A stretch of 33,480 bases of DNA from Abditibacteriaceae bacterium (lineage in GTDB: Bacteria > Armatimonadota > Abditibacteriia > Abditibacteriales > Abditibacteriaceae): positions 1-33,480 of the forward strand of contig JANMKN010000298.1 of the NCBI GenBank assembly GCA_031372065.1. The letters run 5' to 3'. Below are positions 1 to 9,101 of the stretch, one piece after another. The translations under genes and the position numbers were made by a program. Every line of letters begins with the position of its first letter. Position 1 is the first letter of the stretch. The notes under the pieces are model-generated. The model saw nothing but the letters and a program-made list of their open reading frames with translations. It made no database searches and was not told where the DNA came from.

Positions 1-80
1 AAGCTATAAATAATAAAATTGCAATACCACTGCAAAGTAAAACTGTACGTTTCATTAATTTTTCTTTTTTAGATGCCTAT

Positions 81-122
81 GGGACACGCTACGGCGTGTC
101 TGGACTCGCCGTAGCGTGTCCC
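81..122. repeat. REP-like 16-bp perfect inverted repeat (hairpin)
   Basis: GGGACACGCTACGGCG (81-96) pairs with CGCCGTAGCGTGTCCC (107-122), 10-nt loop; on the - strand the stem is preceded by GTGG as in GTRG-type REPs; no poly-T tail. Confidence 0.7.
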
Positions 123-191
123 CACGTTTTCATGAAATCCATGCTAACCAGTGCCAACTTGCGATAATCTTTAACAGATAACCTCAAAACC

Positions 192-1697
192 ATGACCTCT
201 CTTGAACAACTGAAACATCATCTGGCCGAAATTGACGACTTGAAAATGGCGGCGGGCGTGCTGGGTTGGGATCAGCAAACCAATATGCCATTCGGCGGCG
301 GCGAAGCGCGTGCGCACGCTTTGGGCACGCTGTCACGCCTTTCGCATGAAAAATTTGCCTCCGACGAAACCGCGCGTTTATTGGACGCTGCCGAAAAGGA
401 AACGCAGAGTTTGGCGCCCGATTCGGACGAGGCGTGCCTGATAAAAATCACACGCCGCGACTACGAAAAGTCTCGCAAGTTGCCAGATGAATTTGTCGCG
501 TCGTGGTCGCGCGATGCGATTTTATCCAACGAGGTGTGGCGTCATGCGCGCGGGGCCAACGATTTCGCGGCCTTTCAGCCGCATCTCGAAAAAATGCTCG
601 ATTACGCGCGCCGTCAGGCCGATTATTATGGCTTTGAAGGGCATCCTTACGATGCGCTGCTTGATGATTACGAACCCGAACTGAAAACCGACGAAGTGCG
701 TGCCATCTTCGCCGAATTGCGCGCCGAACAGGTGCCGCTTGTGCAAAAATTGGCCGAGCAAAGCGCGCCGCGCGATGAGTTTTTAGCGCGCGATTATGCG
801 CCGGAAAAGCAAGGCGAAATCGGCATGAACATCGTGCAAGCGTTTGGCTACGACACTTCGCGCGGGCGTCTTGATATTGCACCACATCCGTTTTGCACCA
901 ACTTCGGGCGCGACGATGTGCGCATCACGACGCGCTATCACAAAAACCAACCGGCGCAGGCGATTTTCGGCATTTTTCACGAAGCAGGGCACGCTTTGTA
1001 TGAGCAAAACACCGCGCCGAGTCTCAAACGCACGCCGCTGGCCTCAGGCGCCAGCATGGTTTTTCACGAATCGCAATCGCGCTTGTGGGAAAACGTCGTC
1101 GGGCGCAGTTTGGCGCTGTGGCAGCACTTTTGGCCGCAAATGCAAGCAGCGTTTCCCGAAAATCTAAAGGATGTTTCCGCCGAAGAATGGCATCGCGCCA
1201 TCAATCGCGTGTCGCCTTCCTTAATTCGCGTCGAGGCCGATGAAGTCACTTACAATTTGCACATTATGTTGCGTTTTGAATTGGAAGTGGCTCTTGTGGC
1301 GCGCGAGTTGGAAGTGAAAGATTTGCCCGAAGCATGGCGCGCCAAAATGAACGATTTTTTCGGCGTCTCGCCGCACGATGACAAAGACGGCGTGATGCAA
1401 GACACCCATTGGTCGAGCGGTTCATTCGGCTATTTTCCGACGTATGCGCTGGGCAATTTGATGGCGGCTCAAATCTGGAATACAGCTTTGGCGGCGCATC
1501 CCGAAATTGACGACGAAATCGCGCGCGGCGAATTCGGAACTTTGAAAAACTGGCTGACAACCAATTTGTATCAGCATGGCCGCAAGTTTTTGCCGCCTGA
1601 ATTGGCGCTCAAAGTGACGGGCCAGCCGCTCGCCGCCGCGCCCTATTTGCATTATTTGAAAAGCAAATATGAAACGCTTTATGGAGTTGCGAAATGA
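192..1697 (+). CDS. Carboxypeptidase M32 (carboxypeptidase Taq family)
   Basis: 501 aa; HPF, DVRITTRY, HEAGH (HEXXH), HESQS, IRVEADEVTY, QDxHW and GYFPTYALG motifs. Confidence 0.95.
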   Translation: MTSLEQLKHHLAEIDDLKMAAGVLGWDQQTNMPFGGGEARAHALGTLSRLSHEKFASDETARLLDAAEKETQSLAPDSDEACLIKITRRDYEKSRKLPDEFVASWSRDAILSNEVWRHARGANDFAAFQPHLEKMLDYARRQADYYGFEGHPYDALLDDYEPELKTDEVRAIFAELRAEQVPLVQKLAEQSAPRDEFLARDYAPEKQGEIGMNIVQAFGYDTSRGRLDIAPHPFCTNFGRDDVRITTRYHKNQPAQAIFGIFHEAGHALYEQNTAPSLKRTPLASGASMVFHESQSRLWENVVGRSLALWQHFWPQMQAAFPENLKDVSAEEWHRAINRVSPSLIRVEADEVTYNLHIMLRFELEVALVARELEVKDLPEAWRAKMNDFFGVSPHDDKDGVMQDTHWSSGSFGYFPTYALGNLMAAQIWNTALAAHPEIDDEIARGEFGTLKNWLTTNLYQHGRKFLPPELALKVTGQPLAAAPYLHYLKSKYETLYGVAK

Positions 1698-2170
1698 AAA
1701 ATGAAAAATTAAAAAGGCATAAAACAAACACGCGCCGCTCGTTTTGCCTTTTAGCTGTTACCTATTGCCTTTTGCTGTCGGGCTGCGATCAAAAACAGCA
1801 GGCGCAGTTGGAAAAACAAGTGGATGATGTGGCGACAAGCGTGCAAAAAACGACGACTTCCACTGTTGAAAACACGTTGCAGCAAGCGTTTCAGGCTTCG
1901 CAAACCGGCGGCGCGACGTTGCGCGTGAAAACGGCACTTTCGGTCAGCAGCCGCTTGGAAGGCGCGCGCATTGATGTAGAGTTGCAAGGCCAGAAAATCA
2001 TTTTGCGTGGCGATGTGGAAAACGCGGCGCAGAAAACAATTGCGCATTCTATCGCTCAAAATACTCTTGATCCCAAATTCAAAGTCGTCAATCGTTTAGT
2101 TGTGAATTCTTCAAAGAAATCATTATCCGATGGCAAAACTCGCCGCGACACAAATCGAAACGCCCGTTGA
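1694..2170 (+). CDS. BON-domain lipoprotein
   Basis: Lipobox LLSGC; C-terminal VKTAL..IDV..IILRGDV..A..IA..VVNRL BON pattern; ATGA overlap with the M32 gene. Confidence 0.8.
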   Translation: MKNEKLKRHKTNTRRSFCLLAVTYCLLLSGCDQKQQAQLEKQVDDVATSVQKTTTSTVENTLQQAFQASQTGGATLRVKTALSVSSRLEGARIDVELQGQKIILRGDVENAAQKTIAHSIAQNTLDPKFKVVNRLVVNSSKKSLSDGKTRRDTNRNAR

Positions 2171-4373
2171 AGCAGCGAGTGAAAATGCGAGCCAGCCCAA
2201 CGCCGATACGCATGGCGGCGTAACGCGGCGCGTGGTCATCTTCTGCCTCATCACGGCGGCTTTTTTCGGCTTTATCAACCCGATTATTGATGCCAAACTC
2301 GCCAACACGTTTTTAGGCGCGCAGCATTTGCCGCCGGGCGCTGTCGGCGTTTTGCTGGTTGTTTTATTAATCGTCAATCCATTTACGCGCTATGCTTCGG
2401 CGCGTCTTTCTTTTACTTATGTGATGAGCGGCGTGGCCCTGTTGTGCGCTGCTTTGGCGGCTTATCGCTGGCAAGAAAAACTGGGCGGCGCGCCTGTTGA
2501 TGGTGTGGTGTTGTGGACGCCCGCCGTTATCGCGGCGCTGATTGTGATTTGTCTCCTCATGGGGCGCCGTCCCTTGTCGCGCAACGAAACATTGGTCATT
2601 TATATTTCGTGTTTAATCTCGTGTTTGGTGCCCGGACATGGCGCGGAAAACTTTTTTATTCCGTGTTTAATGGGGCCGTTTTATTTTGCGACGCCGGAAA
2701 ACGCGTGGCTGACGAAATTTCTCGAACCCTTCACACCGCAATGGCTCACGCCCGCTTTGTGGGCCGATAAAGGCAACGCTTACGGGCCAATCGGCAAGCA
2801 ATTAGTAACCGATTGGTATTCGGGCAACGGCGGCCACATTCCGTGGCAGTTTTGGGTAGTGCCGCTTCTCGTTTGGTGTTCGTTGATCGTAGCGATTTAC
2901 ATCATGCTCGGCTGCATGGGCGTGATTTTGCGGGCGCAATGGGCCGAACACGAAGCCCTGGCGTTTCCCTTGTTGCGTCTGCCGATGGAACTGACCGAAG
3001 ACATGGATCGCGGCGATAAATATGGCGTTTTTAGCCACTTTTTGCGCAATCCTTTGACGTGGATCGGCTTTTTCATCGCGGTATGGATTCAACTGCAAAA
3101 CGGACTGAATTTTTACTTCCCCGATGTGCCGAAATTCCCTCTCGTCATGGAAACCGGGCCATATTTAAGCGAGCCGCCGTGGAACCAAATCGGCTGGACG
3201 CCGCTGCAAATTTATCCGATTGCCATCGGTCTGACGTTTTTATTAACCAGTGAAACTTCGTTTTCGTTGTGGTTTTTCTATTGGTTCGTGCGCTTTCAGT
3301 TAATCGCTGCTTATTACAGTGGTTTTTTGCCCAATGCGCTGCCCAATGCCTTGGGCGGCGGCGGCAAAAGTTTCATCGCTTATCAGCACGTCGGTGTGTA
3401 TTTCGCCTATGCAGTCCTCGTGTTTTGGACGGGTAGGGCACATTACGGTCATGTGCTAAAACGCGCTTTCAAACGCGTGCCACAAACCGAACGCGAACGG
3501 GGCGAAATGCTGTCGTATCCCGTTGCGTTTTGGGGCTTTGTTTTGTCGCTGGCGTTTTGCATCGGCTGGTCTTTGATGATCGGCGTCAGTTTGCCCGTCG
3601 CGCTTTTGATGTGGCTGTCGTATTTCGTTTTGGCGATTGGTTTAACGCGCGTTGTGGTGGAAGGCGGCTTGCTTTTTGTGCAGCAAGGCTGGACGGGGTT
3701 GGGCACCTTTGCGCAATTGATGGGTAGCGGGCCGGGGACGTGGCTGCCGCCGAATGTTTTGGTGCCCGGCGCGTTTTTGCAGCACGCCATTATGCACGAT
3801 TTTCGCGGCTTTTTGCTGCCGTCTTATGTGCAAGGTTTCAAGCTGGCGCACGATCAAAAATTAGCCAAGCGCCCGCTTTTGCTTTTAATCATCGCGGTCA
3901 TTGTCATCACCTTGCCGATGGGCGTTTTGATGCGCGTGAAATTAGGCTACGATGCGGGTGCGCTTGGCTTTCATTCGTGGTTTGCCAATGGCGGCGCGCA
4001 GCAACCGGCTTTTACATCCAATACGCTCATGGTGAGTCCAAAAGACATGAGCTGGTCGAATTGGTTTTTCCTGCTCGCGGGTATGATTTTTACCTGGCTT
4101 TTGATGGCCGCGCGCAGCCGTTTCGCGTGGTTCCCACTGCATCCTTTGGGCTATCTGGTTAACCTCGGCTACGCCATGAATACGCTGTGGTTTTCCATTT
4201 TTGTCGGTTGGCTTTTCAAAGTTGTCATCACGCGCTACGGCGGCGCCGACAGTTATCGCAAAACTACACCGCTGTTTTTAGGTTTGGCCCTCGGCGATGT
4301 GAGCATGATGCTCTTCTGGCTCATTATTGATGGATGGCAAGGCCGGACGTATCATTATTTGGTGCCGACTTAG
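2130..4373 (+). CDS. Polytopic membrane protein, DUF6785/DUF6784 type (OPT-like transporter candidate), paralog 1
   Basis: 747 aa, many hydrophobic segments; LRAQWAEHEALAFPL, TRVVVEGG, WFPLHPLGY and GLALGD motifs. Confidence 0.75.
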   Translation: MAKLAATQIETPVEAASENASQPNADTHGGVTRRVVIFCLITAAFFGFINPIIDAKLANTFLGAQHLPPGAVGVLLVVLLIVNPFTRYASARLSFTYVMSGVALLCAALAAYRWQEKLGGAPVDGVVLWTPAVIAALIVICLLMGRRPLSRNETLVIYISCLISCLVPGHGAENFFIPCLMGPFYFATPENAWLTKFLEPFTPQWLTPALWADKGNAYGPIGKQLVTDWYSGNGGHIPWQFWVVPLLVWCSLIVAIYIMLGCMGVILRAQWAEHEALAFPLLRLPMELTEDMDRGDKYGVFSHFLRNPLTWIGFFIAVWIQLQNGLNFYFPDVPKFPLVMETGPYLSEPPWNQIGWTPLQIYPIAIGLTFLLTSETSFSLWFFYWFVRFQLIAAYYSGFLPNALPNALGGGGKSFIAYQHVGVYFAYAVLVFWTGRAHYGHVLKRAFKRVPQTERERGEMLSYPVAFWGFVLSLAFCIGWSLMIGVSLPVALLMWLSYFVLAIGLTRVVVEGGLLFVQQGWTGLGTFAQLMGSGPGTWLPPNVLVPGAFLQHAIMHDFRGFLLPSYVQGFKLAHDQKLAKRPLLLLIIAVIVITLPMGVLMRVKLGYDAGALGFHSWFANGGAQQPAFTSNTLMVSPKDMSWSNWFFLLAGMIFTWLLMAARSRFAWFPLHPLGYLVNLGYAMNTLWFSIFVGWLFKVVITRYGGADSYRKTTPLFLGLALGDVSMMLFWLIIDGWQGRTYHYLVPT

Positions 4374-4479
4374 GCTTTTGGACTTTGGTCTTAGGTTTTT
4401 AGTGCCTTGACTAAATTATGAAATCTCAAATCGAATTACTGGACGACGAAAAACCAAAAACCAAAGTCCTAAAACCCAA
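4370..4479. repeat. Imperfect 30-bp inverted repeat of degenerate heptamers enclosing the start codon at 4418
   Basis: 4370-4399 matches the reverse complement of 4450-4479 at 25/30 positions. Confidence 0.65.
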
Positions 4480-6469
4480 AAATATCACGCCCCGCGCCAT
4501 TCTTCTTAGCCTGCTTCTCGCGGCGTTTTTCGGTTACGCCAACCCGCATATTGATTTTTTGTTTAGCAACACGTATTTGGGTGCCACGCATTTGCCGCCG
4601 GGCGCGCTGGGCGCTTTGATGCTCTTGCTGGCCGTCAATGGCGTTTTGCGTTTTATCGGGCCGCGTTTTCGCTTGGCGCGCAACGAACTTTTGACGATTT
4701 TTATTACCACGCTTTTTTCGTGTTTGGTGCCGGGACGCGGCGGCGAATTATTTTTCATTCCCAACACCGTGGGCGCGTTTTATTATGGCACGCCGGAAAA
4801 CAAGTGGCGCGATTTGCTGTTGCCGCATTTGCCGGGTTGGATTTCGCCCGCGCGCACGCCAAACGGCAATTATAACGGGCCATTAGTCGAAGCGTTTTAT
4901 AACGGCGGGCAAAGCGTGCCGTGGGCGTTGTGGATTGGCCCCACTGTGGCGTGGGCGATTTTGATTTTCAGCATTTACACCATGCTTGGCTGCCTTGCGG
5001 TGATTCTGCGTGCGCAATGGGCCGATTATGAAGCGCTGACGTTTCCGCTTTTGAAATTACCTTTAATGATGACGGAATCGCCCGCAGGGATGAGCGATGA
5101 GGGCGGGATGAAAATGGGAAATTCATCCTTTTGGAAGAATCCAACGATGTGGGTTGGCTTTGGCATTTCGGTGTGGATTCAGGGCTTGAACGGCCTCAAT
5201 TATTACTTTCCCGATGTGCCGCCATTCCCATTGATTTTGGACAGCGGACGTTATTTCAGCGAGCCCCCGTGGAACCAAATGGGGCCGTTTGTTTTTCGCG
5301 TTTTGCCCTTTGCCGTTGGCGTTTCGTATTTGCTGTCGAGCGAAGTGGCGCTCTCGTTCTGGTTCTTTTATTTGCTGCACAAGTTTTCTTATATCGCGGC
5401 GTATCAAGCCGGTTTGCCGCCCGGCGCGTTGCCCGAACCGACATGGACGCGCGGCTTTGCCAAGGCTTTTATTTCGTATCAGCAAATCGGCGCCATGTGG
5501 ATGTATGCCGCGCTGGTTCTCTGGATTGGCCGCGCGCATTTGGCGCACGTTGTGCGGCGCGCTTTATGGCGCGAAAGGGCGCGCGACAACGAAAAAGACG
5601 AAGCACTTTCGTATCCCGTGGCGTTTTGGGGCTTCCTCCTTTCGTCGCTCGTTTTGGTTGGCTGGACAACATTGGCAGGCGTGCGATGGGAATTAGCTTT
5701 ATACATCTGGCTCAGTTATTTTGTGATTGCGCTGTGCCTGACGCGCGTGGTCGTCGAAGGCGGAATGCTTTATGTCAATCACGGCTGGTCGCCGCTTTTG
5801 CCATTGGCGCATTTGGTGGGCGCCGGGCCGGACAAATGGTTCAACGTCGAAAGCGTGGTGCCCGGCGCGATGATTCAAAATTCGCTGCTGATTGACCTCA
5901 AAGGCTTTTTGCTGCCGAGCTTTTTGCAAGGCTTCAAATTGGCGCGTGACCAAAAAATTCCGCTGCGCCCGCTCTTTGTTTTGATATTCGCCTGCATTGC
6001 CGTGGCGTTTGTCATGGGCGTGCATACGATTCTTAATATCGCCTACAGCGAAGGCGCTTTGAAGATGAATTCGTTTTGGGCCAACAGCGGCACGCAGGAA
6101 CCGGCGCGAACCGCGAAAGAAATCGCGGGCGGCGTGCAAGATTCGTTTTTGACCAACTGGCTCTGGACTTTCATCGGCGCTTTTGTCACATGGGGTTTGG
6201 TTATCTCGCGCATGAGATTCGCGTGGTTTCCGCTGCATCCGCTGGGCTATATTATGTGGTCGCCTTATGTAATGTATGCCTTTTGGTTTTCGATTTTTCT
6301 CGGCTGGCTTTTCAAAGTAATCATTACGCGTTTTGGTGGCCCGGAAACGTATAAACGCCTGATTCCAGCCTTTTTGGGCCTCACTTTGGGCGATGTAACG
6401 ATGATTTTGCTGCTCAACGGCCTTGATATGTGGCAAGGCCGCACTGGACATCAATTAATGCCGGGCTAA
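4418..6469 (+). CDS. Polytopic membrane protein, DUF6785/DUF6784 type, paralog 2
   Basis: 683 aa; shares NTxLGAxHLPPGA, CLVPG, LRAQW, FPDVPxFP, SEPPWNQ, SYPVAFWGF, RFAWFPLHPLGY and WQGRT with the upstream gene. Confidence 0.75.
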   Translation: MKSQIELLDDEKPKTKVLKPKNITPRAILLSLLLAAFFGYANPHIDFLFSNTYLGATHLPPGALGALMLLLAVNGVLRFIGPRFRLARNELLTIFITTLFSCLVPGRGGELFFIPNTVGAFYYGTPENKWRDLLLPHLPGWISPARTPNGNYNGPLVEAFYNGGQSVPWALWIGPTVAWAILIFSIYTMLGCLAVILRAQWADYEALTFPLLKLPLMMTESPAGMSDEGGMKMGNSSFWKNPTMWVGFGISVWIQGLNGLNYYFPDVPPFPLILDSGRYFSEPPWNQMGPFVFRVLPFAVGVSYLLSSEVALSFWFFYLLHKFSYIAAYQAGLPPGALPEPTWTRGFAKAFISYQQIGAMWMYAALVLWIGRAHLAHVVRRALWRERARDNEKDEALSYPVAFWGFLLSSLVLVGWTTLAGVRWELALYIWLSYFVIALCLTRVVVEGGMLYVNHGWSPLLPLAHLVGAGPDKWFNVESVVPGAMIQNSLLIDLKGFLLPSFLQGFKLARDQKIPLRPLFVLIFACIAVAFVMGVHTILNIAYSEGALKMNSFWANSGTQEPARTAKEIAGGVQDSFLTNWLWTFIGAFVTWGLVISRMRFAWFPLHPLGYIMWSPYVMYAFWFSIFLGWLFKVIITRFGGPETYKRLIPAFLGLTLGDVTMILLLNGLDMWQGRTGHQLMPG

Positions 6470-6516
6470 TTGAAAATTACGCAACGAACGGCAATCGCGC
6501 TTTTCCTATTGTGCGC

Positions 6517-7686
6517 ATGAAATCCTGGAAGTTTTATATTGCTGTCGCTTTTGGTATTGGGCTTTTGTTGCCCGCGCAAGCGCAGCCGTTAGAAAAACCA
6601 GCCGAGGCGGAATTGCCGCATATCAGCGTGGCACAATTATCCACTTTAGTCGGTGGGCCAACGAAAGTGTCGCTGCATTACGAAAACGCAGAATTGGACA
6701 CCGTAATCAAGGAAGTCTCGAAAAAATTCGCCGTGCCAATTGCGCTTTTGCAGCGCACGGGCGCCAAAGGGCTGGTCACTTTTGATTTGCAAGACGCGCC
6801 GCTGTGGACAGTGTGGGAAACGCTGCGCGCGCAGGTGCAATATGACCGCGAAGGGCCAAAAGCCTCGGCGCGGCGCTCGCTGTTGCTCTTGCCTGTTACC
6901 ACGCCCGATACCACTTGCGAAACGCCCTTATTTCAAGTGCGCACCTCCGGGTTGCGCACTCATGCCAAAGGTTGGTCAATGGCATTTTATTTTGTGGCTG
7001 ATCCCAAAGTTGATATTGCGCTTTCTGCGAGCCTTGTGCGCCTGACCGAAGCCGTAGACGAGCAAGGGAATCCTTTTTCAGTTGAGAATGTGCGCGCCAC
7101 ATGGATTTCTTCGACGGTGCCCTCGCTATTTTACACATCGTTATCCCAAACCGGAGCCAAACCGACAGGCAAAAAACTGGCGCGCTTGCGCGGCGTTCTA
7201 ACGGCGTATGCCATTCTCCAGCGGGAAGATTGGGAAATGCCACTGGAGAAATTACCCGCCGAGAAAATCGGGACTCATGATGGTGTAAAAGAAATACTAA
7301 GTGTGAGCGCGGTGCAGCCTGAGGAAACGAAAGAGCGTTACAATGTGGAATTGAATCGCGCTTTTAAGTCGCTTATTGCTTATCGCTTTTGGAATGGCGC
7401 GCAGACACGCGCAAATTGGGCTTATACCTCGGCACTTTTTGCAAAAGTGCAGTTGCAAGACGGGCAGGGGCGCTCTTTTTATTTGCGACAGATCAAGCGG
7501 GATGATAACTACGAAAATGAATTTTATTTTTACAATTGGATAGGCCAATTCGAGCGCACGCCAGAAGACCGGCAGGACAGCGACATTTTGCCCGAAGGCG
7601 AGCCGGTAAAACTTATTTGGTCAGTGCCAACCGCTATTTATCGTTTTGAGTTGCCCTTTGAACTGACTGACGTGCCGATAAACTAA
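6517..7686 (+). CDS. Secreted hypothetical protein
   Basis: Long ORF; ATG at 6517 gives a signal peptide (MKSWKFYIAVAFGIGLLLPAQA); no family recognised. Confidence 0.65.
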   Translation: MKSWKFYIAVAFGIGLLLPAQAQPLEKPAEAELPHISVAQLSTLVGGPTKVSLHYENAELDTVIKEVSKKFAVPIALLQRTGAKGLVTFDLQDAPLWTVWETLRAQVQYDREGPKASARRSLLLLPVTTPDTTCETPLFQVRTSGLRTHAKGWSMAFYFVADPKVDIALSASLVRLTEAVDEQGNPFSVENVRATWISSTVPSLFYTSLSQTGAKPTGKKLARLRGVLTAYAILQREDWEMPLEKLPAEKIGTHDGVKEILSVSAVQPEETKERYNVELNRAFKSLIAYRFWNGAQTRANWAYTSALFAKVQLQDGQGRSFYLRQIKRDDNYENEFYFYNWIGQFERTPEDRQDSDILPEGEPVKLIWSVPTAIYRFELPFELTDVPIN

Positions 7687-7691
7687 GGGCC

Positions 7692-8330
7692 ATGTCCAAT
7701 CCGCTACTGCTTGACTTCCCCGACGGATTTGAAACTGAGCGTTTAATCATCCGCGCGCCTCGTCCCGGCACGGGCGCGTTGCTTAATGTTGCTGTGCGCG
7801 AATCGTTGAATGACTTGAGTGTGTGGATGCCGTGGGCCGATCACGAACCACCAATTGAAGAATCGGAAGAGCATTGTCGTCGCTCGCACGCGAAGTTTTT
7901 ATTGCGCGAAGATTTGACGTGGCATTTGTGGCTTAAAGACGGAACATCACAAGGCACTTTCGCCGGTAGCAGCGGCTTGCATCGCATAGATTGGAACGTG
8001 CCCAGATTTGAAATCGGCTATTGGTTGCGCACCAGTTTGCAAGGGCGCGGCTTGATGACCGAAGCCGTGATTGGAATTAAAGATTTTGCTTTTGAAAAAC
8101 TTTTCGCGCGCCGCGTGGAAATTCGCTGCGATGCGCGCAACGAAAAAAGCGCCGCTGTTGCGCGCCGCGCCGGATTCCAATGCGAAGGCTGTTTGCGTCA
8201 CAATACGCGCGACCACCACGGCACCTTGCGCGACACTCTCGTTTTCTCGCTCGTGCGCGCTGATGCTAAAATGAAGTGCGAGGAGTCGGACTATGAACAA
8301 AACACTGGGACTTTGCCTGCTTTCGGTTAG
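7692..8330 (+). CDS. GNAT N-acetyltransferase, RimJ/RimL family
   Basis: ETERLIIR, EIGYWL, QGRGLMTEA, NEKSAAVARRAGF.EG.LR motifs. Confidence 0.9.
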   Translation: MSNPLLLDFPDGFETERLIIRAPRPGTGALLNVAVRESLNDLSVWMPWADHEPPIEESEEHCRRSHAKFLLREDLTWHLWLKDGTSQGTFAGSSGLHRIDWNVPRFEIGYWLRTSLQGRGLMTEAVIGIKDFAFEKLFARRVEIRCDARNEKSAAVARRAGFQCEGCLRHNTRDHHGTLRDTLVFSLVRADAKMKCEESDYEQNTGTLPAFG

Positions 8331-8949
8331 TGCGTGCGCTTTGATAGTGGGCGCCGCTACTTTGCGCGAAAAAACTGCCGCGCCCGATTTGGAACCACTG
8401 GATACAGCCATGCACGCGCGTTTTGAAGTGCCCGAAAATTTCGGTATGGGCCGCTTGTTTCAAAGGCCCGAACACGCCACAAAGCCGGTTTTAGCCTCTG
8501 CCGCAGCGCGTAAAGCCTCCGTCGAATTGAAATCGCAAGGCTGGAATGTCAATTTTTATTTGGGCGGGCGCGAGTTGCTTGACCCCAAAGTGGACGTTTT
8601 GGCAAAACCGCGCCTTATCCCACAACAAGCAACCGACAAAATGATTCGCATACAAGAGCCGCCGCAGCGTGCCTTGCGTGGCCCGGTGCCCGTCGGCATC
8701 GAAGCGGAGAAAATGCCGAATCCCGATCAATTGCAAATTGCCGAGAAATCGCGTCAGGCACTGCAATCTCTGATGGCCGACAAAACGAAATCCGAATTTC
8801 GCTCACAGATCGGCGATTGGAATCTGGTGGCGTATCCGGTTAATGCCACCCAAAAAGAGTGCGTCAGTTGTCATCGCGGTTCCAAGCCAAGCCCTCAAAT
8901 CGGCGACACTTTAGGCGTTACTGTTTATGCGTATCGTCGCGCGCTTTAA
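8293..8949 (+). CDS. Exported c-type heme protein (DUF3365/Tll0287-like)
   Basis: N-terminal signal/anchor; C-terminal CVSCH followed by IGDTLG. Confidence 0.7.
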   Translation: MNKTLGLCLLSVSACALIVGAATLREKTAAPDLEPLDTAMHARFEVPENFGMGRLFQRPEHATKPVLASAAARKASVELKSQGWNVNFYLGGRELLDPKVDVLAKPRLIPQQATDKMIRIQEPPQRALRGPVPVGIEAEKMPNPDQLQIAEKSRQALQSLMADKTKSEFRSQIGDWNLVAYPVNATQKECVSCHRGSKPSPQIGDTLGVTVYAYRRAL

Positions 8950-8964
8950 AGGAGTCGCTTCGCT

Positions 8965-9099
8965 GTGAACCCAAACAAAATCAAAAAATTCTTGCTGATT
9001 AAGCTGATTTTAAGCGTGATTTTCTTCTTCATCATTGCGGCGATTTTTTACTTTGCCGTTTATTGCCCGATGAGCCAGATTAACAGTGTTTTAGGCTGA
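8965..9099 (+). CDS. Small single-pass membrane protein (44 aa), not in ORF track
   Basis: AAAGGAG at 8948-8954, GTG 8965, MNPNKIKKFLLIKLILSVIFFFIIAAIFYFAVYCPMSQINSVLG; fills the gap between convergent genes. Confidence 0.55.
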   Translation: MNPNKIKKFLLIKLILSVIFFFIIAAIFYFAVYCPMSQINSVLG

Positions 9100-9101
9100 A
9101 A

